64,000 nt of DNA from Candidatus Nomurabacteria bacterium (GCA_052035195.1 JBPOHU010000001.1:104031-168030); one strand, 5' to 3'. Shown: positions 1 to 8,729, counted from the stretch's first letter. Numbers and translations are program-made. Notes: generated by a model from the sequence alone, not told the origin.

Positions 1-347
1 CCTTCTTTCTTTTGGATATCTTTCTCTACTTTTGATTGTGTGGCGATAGCTGCATGATCTGTACCAGGAAGCCATAGTGTCCGAAATCCTTGCATTCGTT
101 TATATCGAATAAGTATATCTTCGACAGTTAGCATTAGTGCATGGCCCATGTGAAGCACGCCAGTTACGTTTGGCGGTGGCATGATGATGGTATAAGGAGT
201 AGCAGTAGGTGCGGTATGCCCGTCTGCAATCATTTTATCAGGATTGAAATATCCAGACTTTTCCCAAAGCTCATAGGCAACCTTTTCTTCAAAGGCAGGG
301 TCGTACGGTTTTAACAGCTTTTCAGGCACATTTTGAGTACTTTGCAT
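1..347 (-). CDS. valS: valine--tRNA ligase, N-terminal part (runs off the window edge)
   Basis: Manual translation [17 protein letters not shown]...[18 protein letters not shown]...[14 protein letters not shown] contains the ValRS HIGH-type motif and PGTDHA. Confidence 0.95.
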   Translation of the reverse strand, partial: MQSTQNVPEKLLKPYDPAFEEKVAYELWEKSGYFNPDKMIADGHTAPTATPYTIIMPPPNVTGVLHMGHALMLTVEDILIRYKRMQGFRTLWLPGTDHAAIATQSKVEKDIQKKE

Positions 348-435
348 GCAAAAATAATAACATTTTTATACACTTTTGGGGAGATATATTGACTTTTAAT
401 ATAAAAATGTTTAATTTAATATAAAAAATAATTAA

Positions 436-690
436 ATGAAATTACTTGAAAGCTTAAAGAATTCGGTGTCCGTAGAATTGACAGCTAATGACCCAAAAGA
501 GATAGTTGCTGCATGGAGAGTTATGGAACTGGCATTAAATGCTACAAAAGAAAGAAGTGAGATAGAAGAAGCTCTGGTATATACGAAAAGTCAAGAGTTT
601 ATCAAGTGTGTAGCATTACCTAATAATTACAGCACTTTCATACAAGATCACTTAGATTACTTGTTCCGGAAAAAGGGTTTACAAACTTAA
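436..690 (+). CDS. hypothetical protein (ORFan unit)
   Basis: 84-aa ORF with TTGACT..TTTAAT promoter-like sequence upstream and an A-rich leader. Confidence 0.6.
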   Translation: MKLLESLKNSVSVELTANDPKEIVAAWRVMELALNATKERSEIEEALVYTKSQEFIKCVALPNNYSTFIQDHLDYLFRKKGLQT

Positions 691-1875
691 ATTTCCATCA
701 GCGCGCAATTCATCCGGATTGCGTGTTTTTATTTCTCCAGAGAATATTTGGAGCATTCCAGCCAAACCTATCATGACGGCGTTGTCAGTAGCTAGCCAAG
801 GCTCAGGGAAAAGAAGAGTAATATTTGGAAATTCTTTTTCAACATTCTTTTTTAATTCTTCTCTAAGGTAAGTATTTCCGGCAACACCTCCTCCAACTAC
901 TACAGTTTGAGCATTGTGTTCTCTTATTGCATTTATAGTCTTTTTTACTAGTACTTCTATCGCAGCATTTTCAAACTCACAAGCTAAAGAACCTTTTTCT
1001 TCTTCTGTTAATTCTCGAGTGTTTTGATCTGTTATGTCACGAGTCGCATAGAGTACTGCCGTCTTGATACCAGAGAAAGAGAAATCATAATCTCCACTAT
1101 GAAGCATTGGTCTAGGCAGATCAAAAAGCCTTTCTTTGTTCAAATCTCTGTATTCTTTGGCCAATCGAGATATTGCAGGGCCTCCTGGGTATGGTAAACC
1201 AAGTACTCGAGCAACTTTGTCGAAAGCTTCTCCTACAGCATCGTCGCGAGTCTGGCCTATCTTTTGATACTTTCCAAAGTTTTCAGAAAGTACGAGTTCG
1301 GTATGTCCACCAGAAACCAAAAGAGAAAGTATAGGAAGTTCTGGTTTTTCTACTTGATAAACTTTTGAGCTAGATGAGCTTTCAACTTGCGAAATCATAG
1401 CTGTCACTACGTGTCCTTCCATGTGATTGATAGGAATAACCGGTATACCCCAAACTTTTGCTAATGCTCTAGCTGTATTTACTCCCACCCACAAAGCCGG
1501 TTCAAGACCAGGACCAACAGTGACAGCAATATAGTCTATGTCTGGCTTTTGATAATAAGTTAGAAAAGGTTCAAGATTTTCTTTGAGCTGAGATTCTTTT
1601 TCATTTAGAAAAGAAAGTGCTTCTGGCGTTATATGGAGAGGAATTTCTGGTACGTCTAGTAAATAAGCTTCATCGAGCGCTTGGGTGAGCATAGGCACCA
1701 TTTTTTCAGCGTGAGCTCTTTTTGCCAAAGCAGGGAAGACTCCGCCGTATTGTGCATGTATCTCTATTTGAGAAGACAAAGCATTACCAATAAGGGTAAA
1801 GGTGTTTAATCCTGTTTGCTCTAGTATCGCAATACCTGTCTCGTCGCAACTTGTCTCTATAGCTAGTATTTTCAT
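679..1875 (-). CDS. tsaD: tRNA N6-adenosine threonylcarbamoyltransferase TsaD
   Basis: ILAIETSCDET, HMEGH, LLVSGGHT, DDAVGEAFDK and TDNAVMI motifs. Confidence 0.97.
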   Translation of the reverse strand: MKILAIETSCDETGIAILEQTGLNTFTLIGNALSSQIEIHAQYGGVFPALAKRAHAEKMVPMLTQALDEAYLLDVPEIPLHITPEALSFLNEKESQLKENLEPFLTYYQKPDIDYIAVTVGPGLEPALWVGVNTARALAKVWGIPVIPINHMEGHVVTAMISQVESSSSSKVYQVEKPELPILSLLVSGGHTELVLSENFGKYQKIGQTRDDAVGEAFDKVARVLGLPYPGGPAISRLAKEYRDLNKERLFDLPRPMLHSGDYDFSFSGIKTAVLYATRDITDQNTRELTEEEKGSLACEFENAAIEVLVKKTINAIREHNAQTVVVGGGVAGNTYLREELKKNVEKEFPNITLLFPEPWLATDNAVMIGLAGMLQIFSGEIKTRNPDELRADGNLSL

Positions 1876-1982
1876 AAATTTTTACCCCGCTAGAAACAAG
1901 GTTTCTGTGGGGCGCATTGCCACACTATAGCAAAAATATTGATTTTTTTCAAAGCTATGGTAATGTAAGAAAAAAAGTAAAA

Positions 1983-2327
1983 ATGCATAAATATCTTGCA
2001 CAACTATTAGTATCTTTACCTAGCGATATACCAAATTTACCTTTTTACAATCTCCATAAAAACATAGACGGTGATAGTATTGGCAGTACTTATTCTTCAG
2101 ACATTGCAAATTCTTTATTTGAAGATTTTGATACTATGTGGAGTATCAGTGATCTTCAGAAACTCATCAATAAGTTTGATTTTAAGAAATTTCGATCATG
2201 TGTGTCAATTAAAATCTACGATCGAGAGAAAGATATGATCGAGACTCAATATGGAGTAAATGGAGTTGGGGACGCAGCGGTTAACTTTTTGATTTTTTTA
2301 ATAAAAAGAAAAATAGGGCTTAACTAA
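1983..2327 (+). CDS. hypothetical protein (ORFan unit)
   Basis: ORF with likely ATG at 1983 after a promoter-like TTGATT..TAATGT; hairpin terminator follows. Confidence 0.55.
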   Translation: MHKYLAQLLVSLPSDIPNLPFYNLHKNIDGDSIGSTYSSDIANSLFEDFDTMWSISDLQKLINKFDFKKFRSCVSIKIYDREKDMIETQYGVNGVGDAAVNFLIFLIKRKIGLN

Positions 2328-2345
2328 AAAATAGTTAGGCTTTTT

Positions 2346-2795
2346 TTATTGCTCTATATTTTTATGATTTTCGTGAGCCTTAGTGTGTAGGATTTCTAGT
2401 TTTTTTGAAATAAGGATAAGCTCGTCTTTTATATCAGCAATAGCTGTCACTTCATTTTTAAGATCTTCTTCTGTTCTTTCACTAAGTTTCTTTTCGCCAC
2501 GAAGACCAGAGAGGATAAGTTCATTACCAATAAAGCTAGAAGTGAATGCTCTAGTGAAGTACAAAATAATAAAACCAATTAAAAATGATAGTGGTCCGTC
2601 CCACCAAAGGCCAGATGGCAAACTCAAAGAAGAAGATAGAGATAGGCTACTAATCATTTCATGAAGGTAGTCTGCGCTGTGCCATACTCCACGCCAAAAT
2701 AAGACTATACCTATTCCAACTATTAGAGCGTATGTTTTTGGGTGATGACTAAGCTTTTCTTGGATTTTATGTTTTGTTTTTTTGAAGATACTCAT
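2346..2795 (-). CDS. conserved hypothetical membrane protein
   Basis: Two hydrophobic segments (GIGIVLFWRGVW; FLIGFIILYF) and a C-terminal coiled coil. Confidence 0.75.
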   Translation of the reverse strand: MSIFKKTKHKIQEKLSHHPKTYALIVGIGIVLFWRGVWHSADYLHEMISSLSLSSSLSLPSGLWWDGPLSFLIGFIILYFTRAFTSSFIGNELILSGLRGEKKLSERTEEDLKNEVTAIADIKDELILISKKLEILHTKAHENHKNIEQ

Positions 2796-2821
2796 GTTTC
2801 TATTTTACACTTTTTATTTTG

Positions 2822-2895
2822 TGCGCGATACAGGGATCGAACCTGTCACCTCAGCAATGTCAATGCTGCGCTCTAACCATATGAGCTAACCGCGC
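2822..2895 (-). tRNA. tRNA-Val (GAC)
   Basis: Reverse complement GCGCGGTTAGCTCATATGGTTAGAGCGCAGCATTGACATTGCTGAGGTGACAGGTTCGATCCCTGTATCGCGCA folds as a cloverleaf, anticodon GAC. Confidence 0.95.
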
Positions 2896-2983
2896 GAGTT
2901 GGTCAAAAAATTATAACAGGAATATCAAATATTTGCCAATAATAATATTTTGTGGTATAAAAAACTAAACTAAAACCATTATT

Positions 2984-3472
2984 ATGGAACTGAAAACCAA
3001 TGTTCTTTGCGATCTGCGGGGCGCAGATATAGCACTTTTTCCTCTGTTTGATAAAAACGGGATTGAATATAAAAAGTTTATTTCGAAAGAAGTCTCAGAG
3101 TGGGACATTATCGGAGTGGCTAGCCTGCCGCCATTTTTTTTGAACCGTTTAAATTTTTATGATGAAAACGGCAAAACTTATTTTAAGGACAAGGGAAAAG
3201 AAGTACCCGTTGTGATTTCTTCTATTAATTATGAACAACTTGAAAAAACCACCGTTTCCGAATTTTGGAACCAGTGCATGATGGTCGCTCATAAGGGGGT
3301 TCGGCCTCGTATTTGGATTCTGGCCCCAGATGATGTATGTAAGTACATCATTAGTCAATACATAGGAGAGGAGACTGCTGGCTTCTATCTCCATAATGAA
3401 GACACGGAGATCAACCTTTACTATGCTATCGAAAAAATTGGTAGCACAATAAAGGCCCATAAGATGTTTTAA
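2984..3472 (+). CDS. hypothetical protein (ORFan unit between two tRNAs)
   Basis: 162-aa ORF with its own TTGCCA..TATAAA promoter and terminator. Confidence 0.7.
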   Translation: MELKTNVLCDLRGADIALFPLFDKNGIEYKKFISKEVSEWDIIGVASLPPFFLNRLNFYDENGKTYFKDKGKEVPVVISSINYEQLEKTTVSEFWNQCMMVAHKGVRPRIWILAPDDVCKYIISQYIGEETAGFYLHNEDTEINLYYAIEKIGSTIKAHKMF

Positions 3473-3481
3473 AATAATCAG

Positions 3482-3507
3482 CCACCCCAAGTAAGGGGTG
3501 GTTTTTT
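3482..3507 (+). terminator. intrinsic terminator
   Basis: CCACCCC-aagtaa-GGGGTGG followed by a T run. Confidence 0.8.
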
Positions 3508-3559
3508 GATTTTTTAGGAACTCATGTTAGAATGTTTTCGCTCATAAGGCACAACTTAT

Positions 3560-3631
3560 GGCCCTATCGTCTATCGGTTAGGACGAAAGCTTTTCAAGCT
3601 TTAAAGCGGGGTTCGACTCCCCGTAGGGTCA
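3560..3631 (+). tRNA. tRNA-Glu (TTC)
   Basis: GGCCCTATCGTCTATCGGTTAGGACGAAAGCTTTTCAAGCTTTAAAGCGGGGTTCGACTCCCCGTAGGGTCA cloverleaf, anticodon TTC. Confidence 0.95.
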
Positions 3632-3835
3632 CAACGCAAAAAGAAAAACGCCTTCCAGGGCGTTTTTCGCGTTGTGACCCTAAGTAAAACAACTGCTTGT
3701 TTTACGGCGGGGAGGCGAACAGCGGAGCTATATTTTTCTAGCAAGAAAAATAGGCGAGCTGGTGCCCAGACAAAATTTTTTGACTGAAAAAGTTTTAATC
3801 GAGGGAGACAAATGAAATGATCCCCGTAGGGTCAC
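3618..3835. repeat. tRNA-3'-derived structured element bounded by a 15-bp direct repeat TCCCCGTAGGGTCAC
   Basis: Repeat at 3618-3632 and 3821-3835; internal antisense tRNA fragments (GTGACCCTA; CGGGGAGGCGAAC) and several nested hairpins. Confidence 0.85.
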
Positions 3836-3898
3836 GAATTTGGGTAATAAAAAAGCCTACAATGTTTTCATCATAGGCTTTAAGTTCAGTAAAATACA

Positions 3899-4666
3899 TT
3901 ATGCAGGTATTGAGAACAGTTCCAGGGATTTTTTAACATAATCTCTGGCTGTTTCAATATTAAGGCTATCGTATTCTTTGTTACGCAGCCGTCCTTCTGC
4001 ATCAATGCTTAGGTCCGGGAAATCTTTTACCAACGGCTCGATCAGGTCAAGCGTTGTCGGGCTCAGTCCACCAGCTACACCCAGGCCGAAGTCATTCGGT
4101 TTTACACTTAATGCTTCCAGGTAGCTTCTGGCAATGTCAGGGTTAAATGGCTGTCCTGTTCCACCGCTCGGATCGAGCAGAACGTAGTCAATAAGACCAG
4201 CATATTCGCTGTGTACCTTGTCGGCCAACTTCTTTGGTGAATGTGATATTTCTTCAAAGGCACCACCGCCAATCTGCAGAACAATACTTTTGTCAGGATG
4301 CAGTTCTTTGTAATCCTCCAGTACTCTTACTGAAGGCCATGCGATGTTCAGCTGGAACCCGTTGAAGTGATTACCGGCGAGTTCAGTTACCAACAAAAGT
4401 TGTGGTAGCAGGCTTTCAGGTTCTTTGGTGTTGAAGTGCACCAGGTTCAGGCAGTCTTCAATGTTAGGAAAAATGTTTACCACTTCTCCGATTGCCGGAT
4501 AACGGCCGGGCCATTTGTTCGGAATTCCTTGCAGACTTTTACTGCTTGCGAGAACTCCCACCATCAACATCCTGTCTGCCTTTTTAAGGTCAGTACTGTC
4601 CAGGACGCCAAAGACTTCGGTAGGGGACATAAACCCCGTGATGCCAACATAAGGTTTCTTTTTCAT
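3899..4666 (-). CDS. TIM-barrel protein, phosphoribosylanthranilate-isomerase-like (cassette 1)
   Basis: PYVGITGF start, LLDPSGGTG, GVAGGLSP and IDAEG match TrpF-like phosphate-binding barrel motifs; start reassigned to ATG 4666. Confidence 0.6.
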   Translation of the reverse strand: MKKKPYVGITGFMSPTEVFGVLDSTDLKKADRMLMVGVLASSKSLQGIPNKWPGRYPAIGEVVNIFPNIEDCLNLVHFNTKEPESLLPQLLLVTELAGNHFNGFQLNIAWPSVRVLEDYKELHPDKSIVLQIGGGAFEEISHSPKKLADKVHSEYAGLIDYVLLDPSGGTGQPFNPDIARSYLEALSVKPNDFGLGVAGGLSPTTLDLIEPLVKDFPDLSIDAEGRLRNKEYDSLNIETARDYVKKSLELFSIPA

Positions 4667-4689
4667 TGTTAAATTTTTCTTTACATTAA

Positions 4690-4737
4690 CATTTCCATTA
4701 GATTCGTCAATATTAGGTTCCAAAACTCACTATAAAG
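4690..4737. repeat. cassette junction repeat copy B (promoter half)
   Basis: CATTTCCA..TTCGTCAATATTAGGTTCCAAAACTCACTATAAAG, shared with 5134-5160, 5752-5799 and 6443-6467. Confidence 0.9.
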
Positions 4738-4793
4738 TCTTGTGAACAAGAAAGCCGCCCATTTTATGGACGGCTACAACTTCAAAATCTTTT

Positions 4794-5003
4794 TCACAAT
4801 TTAACTGAAAGCAAAACCTTTGCAACCTCAACAACTTCTTCCAGATTTGAATATAAACCGTTTGCTATGCTTTCTACAAAATCTGTATAAAGATAGCATT
4901 CCGGTTCATTATCTCGTCTTTCGTTCATTGCACGTGATAGTCTACTAAGAGATTTTATGCTTTCAATTTCTTTAACTACTGCTTCTTTGGTTAACTTTTC
5001 CAT
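4794..5003 (-). CDS. small hypothetical protein (cassette 2)
   Basis: MEKLTKEAVV..., own TTGACA-17-TAATAT promoter (5066-5094) and hairpin terminator near 4754-4777. Confidence 0.6.
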   Translation of the reverse strand: MEKLTKEAVVKEIESIKSLSRLSRAMNERRDNEPECYLYTDFVESIANGLYSNLEEVVEVAKVLLSVKL

Positions 5004-5133
5004 GATTATTTGTTTTGTTTTCGCAACTAACAAATCAAAAAAGTTTCCTTAAAAGCCTTTAATTAATATTAGCATATTATTAACACTTTGTCAATACTAT
5101 GTTAAACTGCATAAATAAATTAATACTTTTAAC

Positions 5134-5186
5134 TATTAGTTTTCAAAACTCACTATAAAGGGTCACAAATTTGGGTAATAAAAAAG
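5134..5186. repeat. cassette junction repeat copy C
   Basis: TATTAGTTTTCAAAACTCACTATAAAGGGTCACAAATTTGGGTAATAAAAAAG. Confidence 0.9.
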
Positions 5187-5229
5187 AACTGAATAATCAG
5201 TCCTTTAAAAAAATACTTTAGATTTAAAT

Positions 5230-5727
5230 CTATCTCTTTCCAACAAGGAATCTTGCTGTTGGGGATAAGGATATATTTTTATTTACCTCAATAAAACCAA
5301 GGTTGTAAAGACAACCGTTTCCATCTGGTTGTAAATAAACTATTCCCGGTATACCGTCACCATCGGATACATCATCCATTAGTGACACAATAGCTGTTCC
5401 ACGATCAAAATTAGTAGTTCTTAAGTGGTTAATGTAGTTAATAACATAAGTAACACTAATTTTTGAGTAACCCATCTGGAGACTTTTTTCTATTACGTCT
5501 TCCATTGTAAAAGTGTCACCGAGACCGAGATCGTTTTTATCAATAACACCTATTTCGCTCAATGGAGCAATAGGATTCTCGAGGGGTACATCTACCAATC
5601 TGCTGACGCTACCACCAGTCATTAGGTCTCCATAAATATCGTCTACATTTCTACTTTTTAATATTTTTTCTGCCTCTTTTACACTGAGGAATTGAGAAAA
5701 CCCATCTGTTCTAATTGTATAGTTCAT
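5230..5727 (-). CDS. hypothetical protein (cassette 3)
   Basis: 165-aa ORF lying exactly between junction repeats C and D. Confidence 0.75.
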   Translation of the reverse strand: MNYTIRTDGFSQFLSVKEAEKILKSRNVDDIYGDLMTGGSVSRLVDVPLENPIAPLSEIGVIDKNDLGLGDTFTMEDVIEKSLQMGYSKISVTYVINYINHLRTTNFDRGTAIVSLMDDVSDGDGIPGIVYLQPDGNGCLYNLGFIEVNKNISLSPTARFLVGKR

Positions 5728-5751
5728 GTTAATAAATTTTCCTTACCTTAT

Positions 5752-5827
5752 CATTTCCACGATATTCGTCAATATAGGTTTCAAAAACTCACTACAAAGG
5801 GTCACAAATTTGGGTAATAAAAAAGCC
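5752..5827. repeat. cassette junction repeat copy D (complete)
   Basis: CATTTCCACGATATTCGTCAATATAGGTTTCAAAAACTCACTACAAAGGGTCACAAATTTGGGTAATAAAAAAGCC. Confidence 0.9.
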
Positions 5828-5864
5828 CACATAATTGCGGACTTGTATAGATTTTTTTACAGAG

Positions 5865-6404
5865 CTATTTAGCTAAAAGCGCTTTCATTACCAATAAATG
5901 TGCGGCATCCTTTAATAACCCTGGAGCATTCAATATCATACCTTTCGGTTTAATATGACCAAAGTGTGTACTAGGAACTCTTCCCAATGAATTTATTCCG
6001 TTTAAAGGATCAAGAAAAAGGTTTTTTTCTTTAAGTAGGCTGACGCCTCTTCCCCAAAGTATTTCAGCCGTATGACTGAAATCCCATCTTGTTACAACAA
6101 CTGAGTAACGTCTACCATTGCGTTTACAATGTTTCCTTTGAATTGTAATAACAACATCAGATTCTACTTCATTTTTTGCTACTTCAAAAATAGGCGTATC
6201 AAATTTATGTATTCTTTCGATAGTATCTAAGCGTTCCTGTTTGGCAAGTTGCAATAAATTGCAATTTGGACCGATACAGGGTTCTTTTACAAATACTTTC
6301 AATTTGATATTTTTAAGCTCAAGATTAGGAATAGATATTCCGGCAATTTCTGCACAAGTGTACAACAAGGTATCTGGGTTTGGGGATAATATTAATGCAT
6401 CCAT
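5865..6404 (-). CDS. hypothetical protein (cassette 4)
   Basis: ORF with start reassigned to MDALILSP (6404), downstream of the repeated promoter. Confidence 0.7.
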   Translation of the reverse strand: MDALILSPNPDTLLYTCAEIAGISIPNLELKNIKLKVFVKEPCIGPNCNLLQLAKQERLDTIERIHKFDTPIFEVAKNEVESDVVITIQRKHCKRNGRRYSVVVTRWDFSHTAEILWGRGVSLLKEKNLFLDPLNGINSLGRVPSTHFGHIKPKGMILNAPGLLKDAAHLLVMKALLAK

Positions 6405-6442
6405 ATAGACTGTTTTTGTGTAAAGATTTTTTACCACACTAC

Positions 6443-6467
6443 CATTTCCATGATATTCGTCAATATA
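6443..6467 (-). promoter_or_regulatory. junction repeat copy E, sigma70-like promoter with TTGACG -35
   Basis: CATTTCCATGATATTCGTCAATATA, nearly identical to 5752-5776. Confidence 0.8.
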
Positions 6468-6469
6468 AC

Positions 6470-6757
6470 TTATTTCTTCCCCCAAGATTCCATAGCATCG
6501 ATAACTTTTTTAAGTTTTTTACCATTTGGAGTTAGGGCGTAGTGAAGCTCATCTTTTTTATAGATTATTTTCTCAGCTTCTAGTCTTTTGAGTTTTAGAG
6601 TTAGAGTTCTAGTGCTTATGCCTGCGAGAGATCGCTCTAGTTCACAAAACCTCATAGGATTATTTAATAAGTCACGAATAATAAGCATAGTCCATGTATC
6701 AGATAGGAGAGTCGCTGTTTTACTAACAGCACAAGATGTATGAGTAGAAGGCTTCAT
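6470..6757 (-). CDS. HxlR/YodB-family winged-helix regulator
   Basis: SCAV N-terminal Cys, WTMLIIRDL, RFCELERSLAGISTRTLTLKLKRLE, YALTPNG. Confidence 0.9.
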   Translation of the reverse strand: MKPSTHTSCAVSKTATLLSDTWTMLIIRDLLNNPMRFCELERSLAGISTRTLTLKLKRLEAEKIIYKKDELHYALTPNGKKLKKVIDAMESWGKK

Positions 6758-6861
6758 ATAGACAAATCTAACATGTGTGCTGTACCATGTAAAGTACTGT
6801 ACAAAGTAAAGCAATAATATATACTCTTTTTATAACAATTATTTTTTAAATACAAAAAATT

Positions 6862-7389
6862 ATGAAAACATGGAATATTGATACAACTCATTCAGAAATA
6901 GGGTTTAAGGTTAAACACTTGATGATTTCAACTGTTAGAGGACTTTTCTCTTCTTTTGAAGGGTCTATCAGTGCGCAAGACGAAAGCTTTGATAATGGAC
7001 AAATCAGCTTTTCCGCTGACGTAAGCAGTATTGATACAAAAAATGCACAACGTGATGGGCACCTCAAGAGTGCTGACTTCTTTGATGCTGAAAACTTTCC
7101 TAAACTTACTTTCTCTTCAACTTCTGTAAAAAAAGTAGGGGATAACAAACTGGAAATCACTGGAGACCTCACTATGCGAGGAGTAACAAAATCAGTGAGT
7201 CTAAATGCTTCAGTCACAGGCGTAGTTAAAGGTATGGACGGAGCCCAAGTAGCTGGTTTTGAAATTTCTGGAAAGATAAATCGATCTGAATTTGGACTAG
7301 TTTGGAATGCACCACTAGAAACAGGCGGAGTAGTAGTCAGTGACTCTGTCACAATCGAAGCCTTAATAGAAGCAAAAGAACAAGCTTAA
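6862..7389 (+). CDS. yceI: YceI family polyisoprenoid-binding protein
   Basis: WNIDTTHSEIGFKVKH, RDGHLKSADFFD, GDLTMRGVTK, INRSEFGL. Confidence 0.93.
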   Translation: MKTWNIDTTHSEIGFKVKHLMISTVRGLFSSFEGSISAQDESFDNGQISFSADVSSIDTKNAQRDGHLKSADFFDAENFPKLTFSSTSVKKVGDNKLEITGDLTMRGVTKSVSLNASVTGVVKGMDGAQVAGFEISGKINRSEFGLVWNAPLETGGVVVSDSVTIEALIEAKEQA

Positions 7390-7395
7390 ATTAAT

Positions 7396-7428
7396 AAAAA
7401 AACACCCTAAATTAGAGGGTGTTTTTTT
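7396..7428. terminator. intrinsic terminator
   Basis: AAAAAAACACCCT-loop-AGGGTGTTTTTTT. Confidence 0.8.
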
Positions 7429-7489
7429 ATTAAGTCAAGATTAATTGACTTGCTAGTGGTTACAACGTACCATTCTCAAAAAACTGTAT

Positions 7490-8632
7490 ATGGCTCAACA
7501 AAAATTGTTCGTTGATTCAAATAAAAAACTCAAAAAGGTTCTTCCAAAAGAACATGCTTATGATGAAGAGTTCAAAAGCTTAGATTTTATAATTGTTCCG
7601 TATGCATTTTTATTAGGGATTAAGAAAAACCATAAATTACAGCCTATTATTGAAAATAAAATACTCTGTGAACTTTTTTCTAAAAAAGGATCAGGGGATG
7701 TTGATTTAATCAATTTATTTATCAAAAAAGAGGCGCTTTGGTTTAAAAAAGATCCATCAAAAATGTCTAAGGCAAACAATCTTTTATCAGAAGAAGAATT
7801 AAGACGTATCTTTATTTCTGGAGCACTTGAAATAAAATTTCGTCATAAAAGCATTTCTTCATTAAGAAGGTTGTTTAGGAAAAAGCTTCCTAATTCAAAA
7901 CCACCATTGGTTTTTGGTAAAATTGCTCGTTATATCAACAACGGTGCTAGTCACGAATTTTGGTATGAGGAAACAGGAGAAGAAATAGCTCAATTGTTTC
8001 CAGAATTTAGCCCTGAGCTCATTAAGGCTCTTTTGGCTATTACTTCTATAAGAGCAACGCTTCCTTCGAACGTTACAAAGTCTTTTAAGGCTTTGGATCA
8101 GTTCCATCGAACTGAACAGTTTGAGGTTCCTTTTGGTAAAAAGGGAGACAAGAAGATGATTAAAAGTAATTTTAAGGGTTTTCTTGATGCCCAGCTTCAT
8201 CATTTGAATTTACTTAAAAATGGGCAGTCTCTAACTGATCCAAAAAACCTACTAAAAAACGGGCGAAAGATTAAAATGTTTGCCAGTGCAATGGGGTCAG
8301 TTGAAGATGCTATTGTTGACGATGTTTGGATTACCAGAGCTTTTGGTTGCGACAGAAAAAGAGTTTTTGAAAGTCGTATAACTAGTCAGTCTCCCTCTAA
8401 GGCAATCTATGATGCAACAGAATGGTATTTACAAACTATTTCTAAGCTTGTAGATAAAAAACCAAGAGGTGTATGCGCGATGATTTGGGCGGGTATACGG
8501 CAAGAAACAAACAAAGAAACAGCCCGTTATACTGACCCAATAAAAAATCGACTAAACCATGGACTTTTTTCTGAGCAGTATGGAAACCTGAAACCCTCAA
8601 AAAAAGGAGGGATTGAGTTTGAATTATTTTAA
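7490..8632 (+). CDS. putative HhH-GPD-fold DNA glycosylase-like protein (phage DUF7178-like)
   Basis: Ordered motifs FWYE, LLAITS..SN, GRKIKMF, IVDDVWITRAFG, AIYD and PRGVCAMIW; family recalled from motif order only. Confidence 0.5.
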   Translation: MAQQKLFVDSNKKLKKVLPKEHAYDEEFKSLDFIIVPYAFLLGIKKNHKLQPIIENKILCELFSKKGSGDVDLINLFIKKEALWFKKDPSKMSKANNLLSEEELRRIFISGALEIKFRHKSISSLRRLFRKKLPNSKPPLVFGKIARYINNGASHEFWYEETGEEIAQLFPEFSPELIKALLAITSIRATLPSNVTKSFKALDQFHRTEQFEVPFGKKGDKKMIKSNFKGFLDAQLHHLNLLKNGQSLTDPKNLLKNGRKIKMFASAMGSVEDAIVDDVWITRAFGCDRKRVFESRITSQSPSKAIYDATEWYLQTISKLVDKKPRGVCAMIWAGIRQETNKETARYTDPIKNRLNHGLFSEQYGNLKPSKKGGIEFELF

Positions 8633-8657
8633 AACCCTTTAAACAAAGGGTTTTTTT
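8631..8657 (+). terminator. intrinsic terminator
   Basis: AAAACCCTTT-loop-AAAGGGTTTTTTT. Confidence 0.75.
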
Positions 8658-8729
8658 ATATACCTTTTTATCTTTTGGCAATCTTACGGATAGCAATTAT
8701 TTCTATATAATTTAAGCAAATATACACTA

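Noticed and set aside
5090-5108. TATGTTAAA resembling a XerD arm (pdif) within the cassette array
   Set aside because: There is no matching XerC arm at 6-bp spacing and it is not repeated at the other junctions.
3821-6467. Junction repeats as a CRISPR array or classical integron
   Set aside because: The spacers are whole genes of 0.4-0.9 kb with their own promoters; no GTTRRRY/RYYYAAC attC boxes or intI gene were evident.
6780-6812. GTAC-containing direct/inverted repeat as an HxlR operator
   Set aside because: The position between hxlR and yceI is plausible, but the symmetry is too weak to call.
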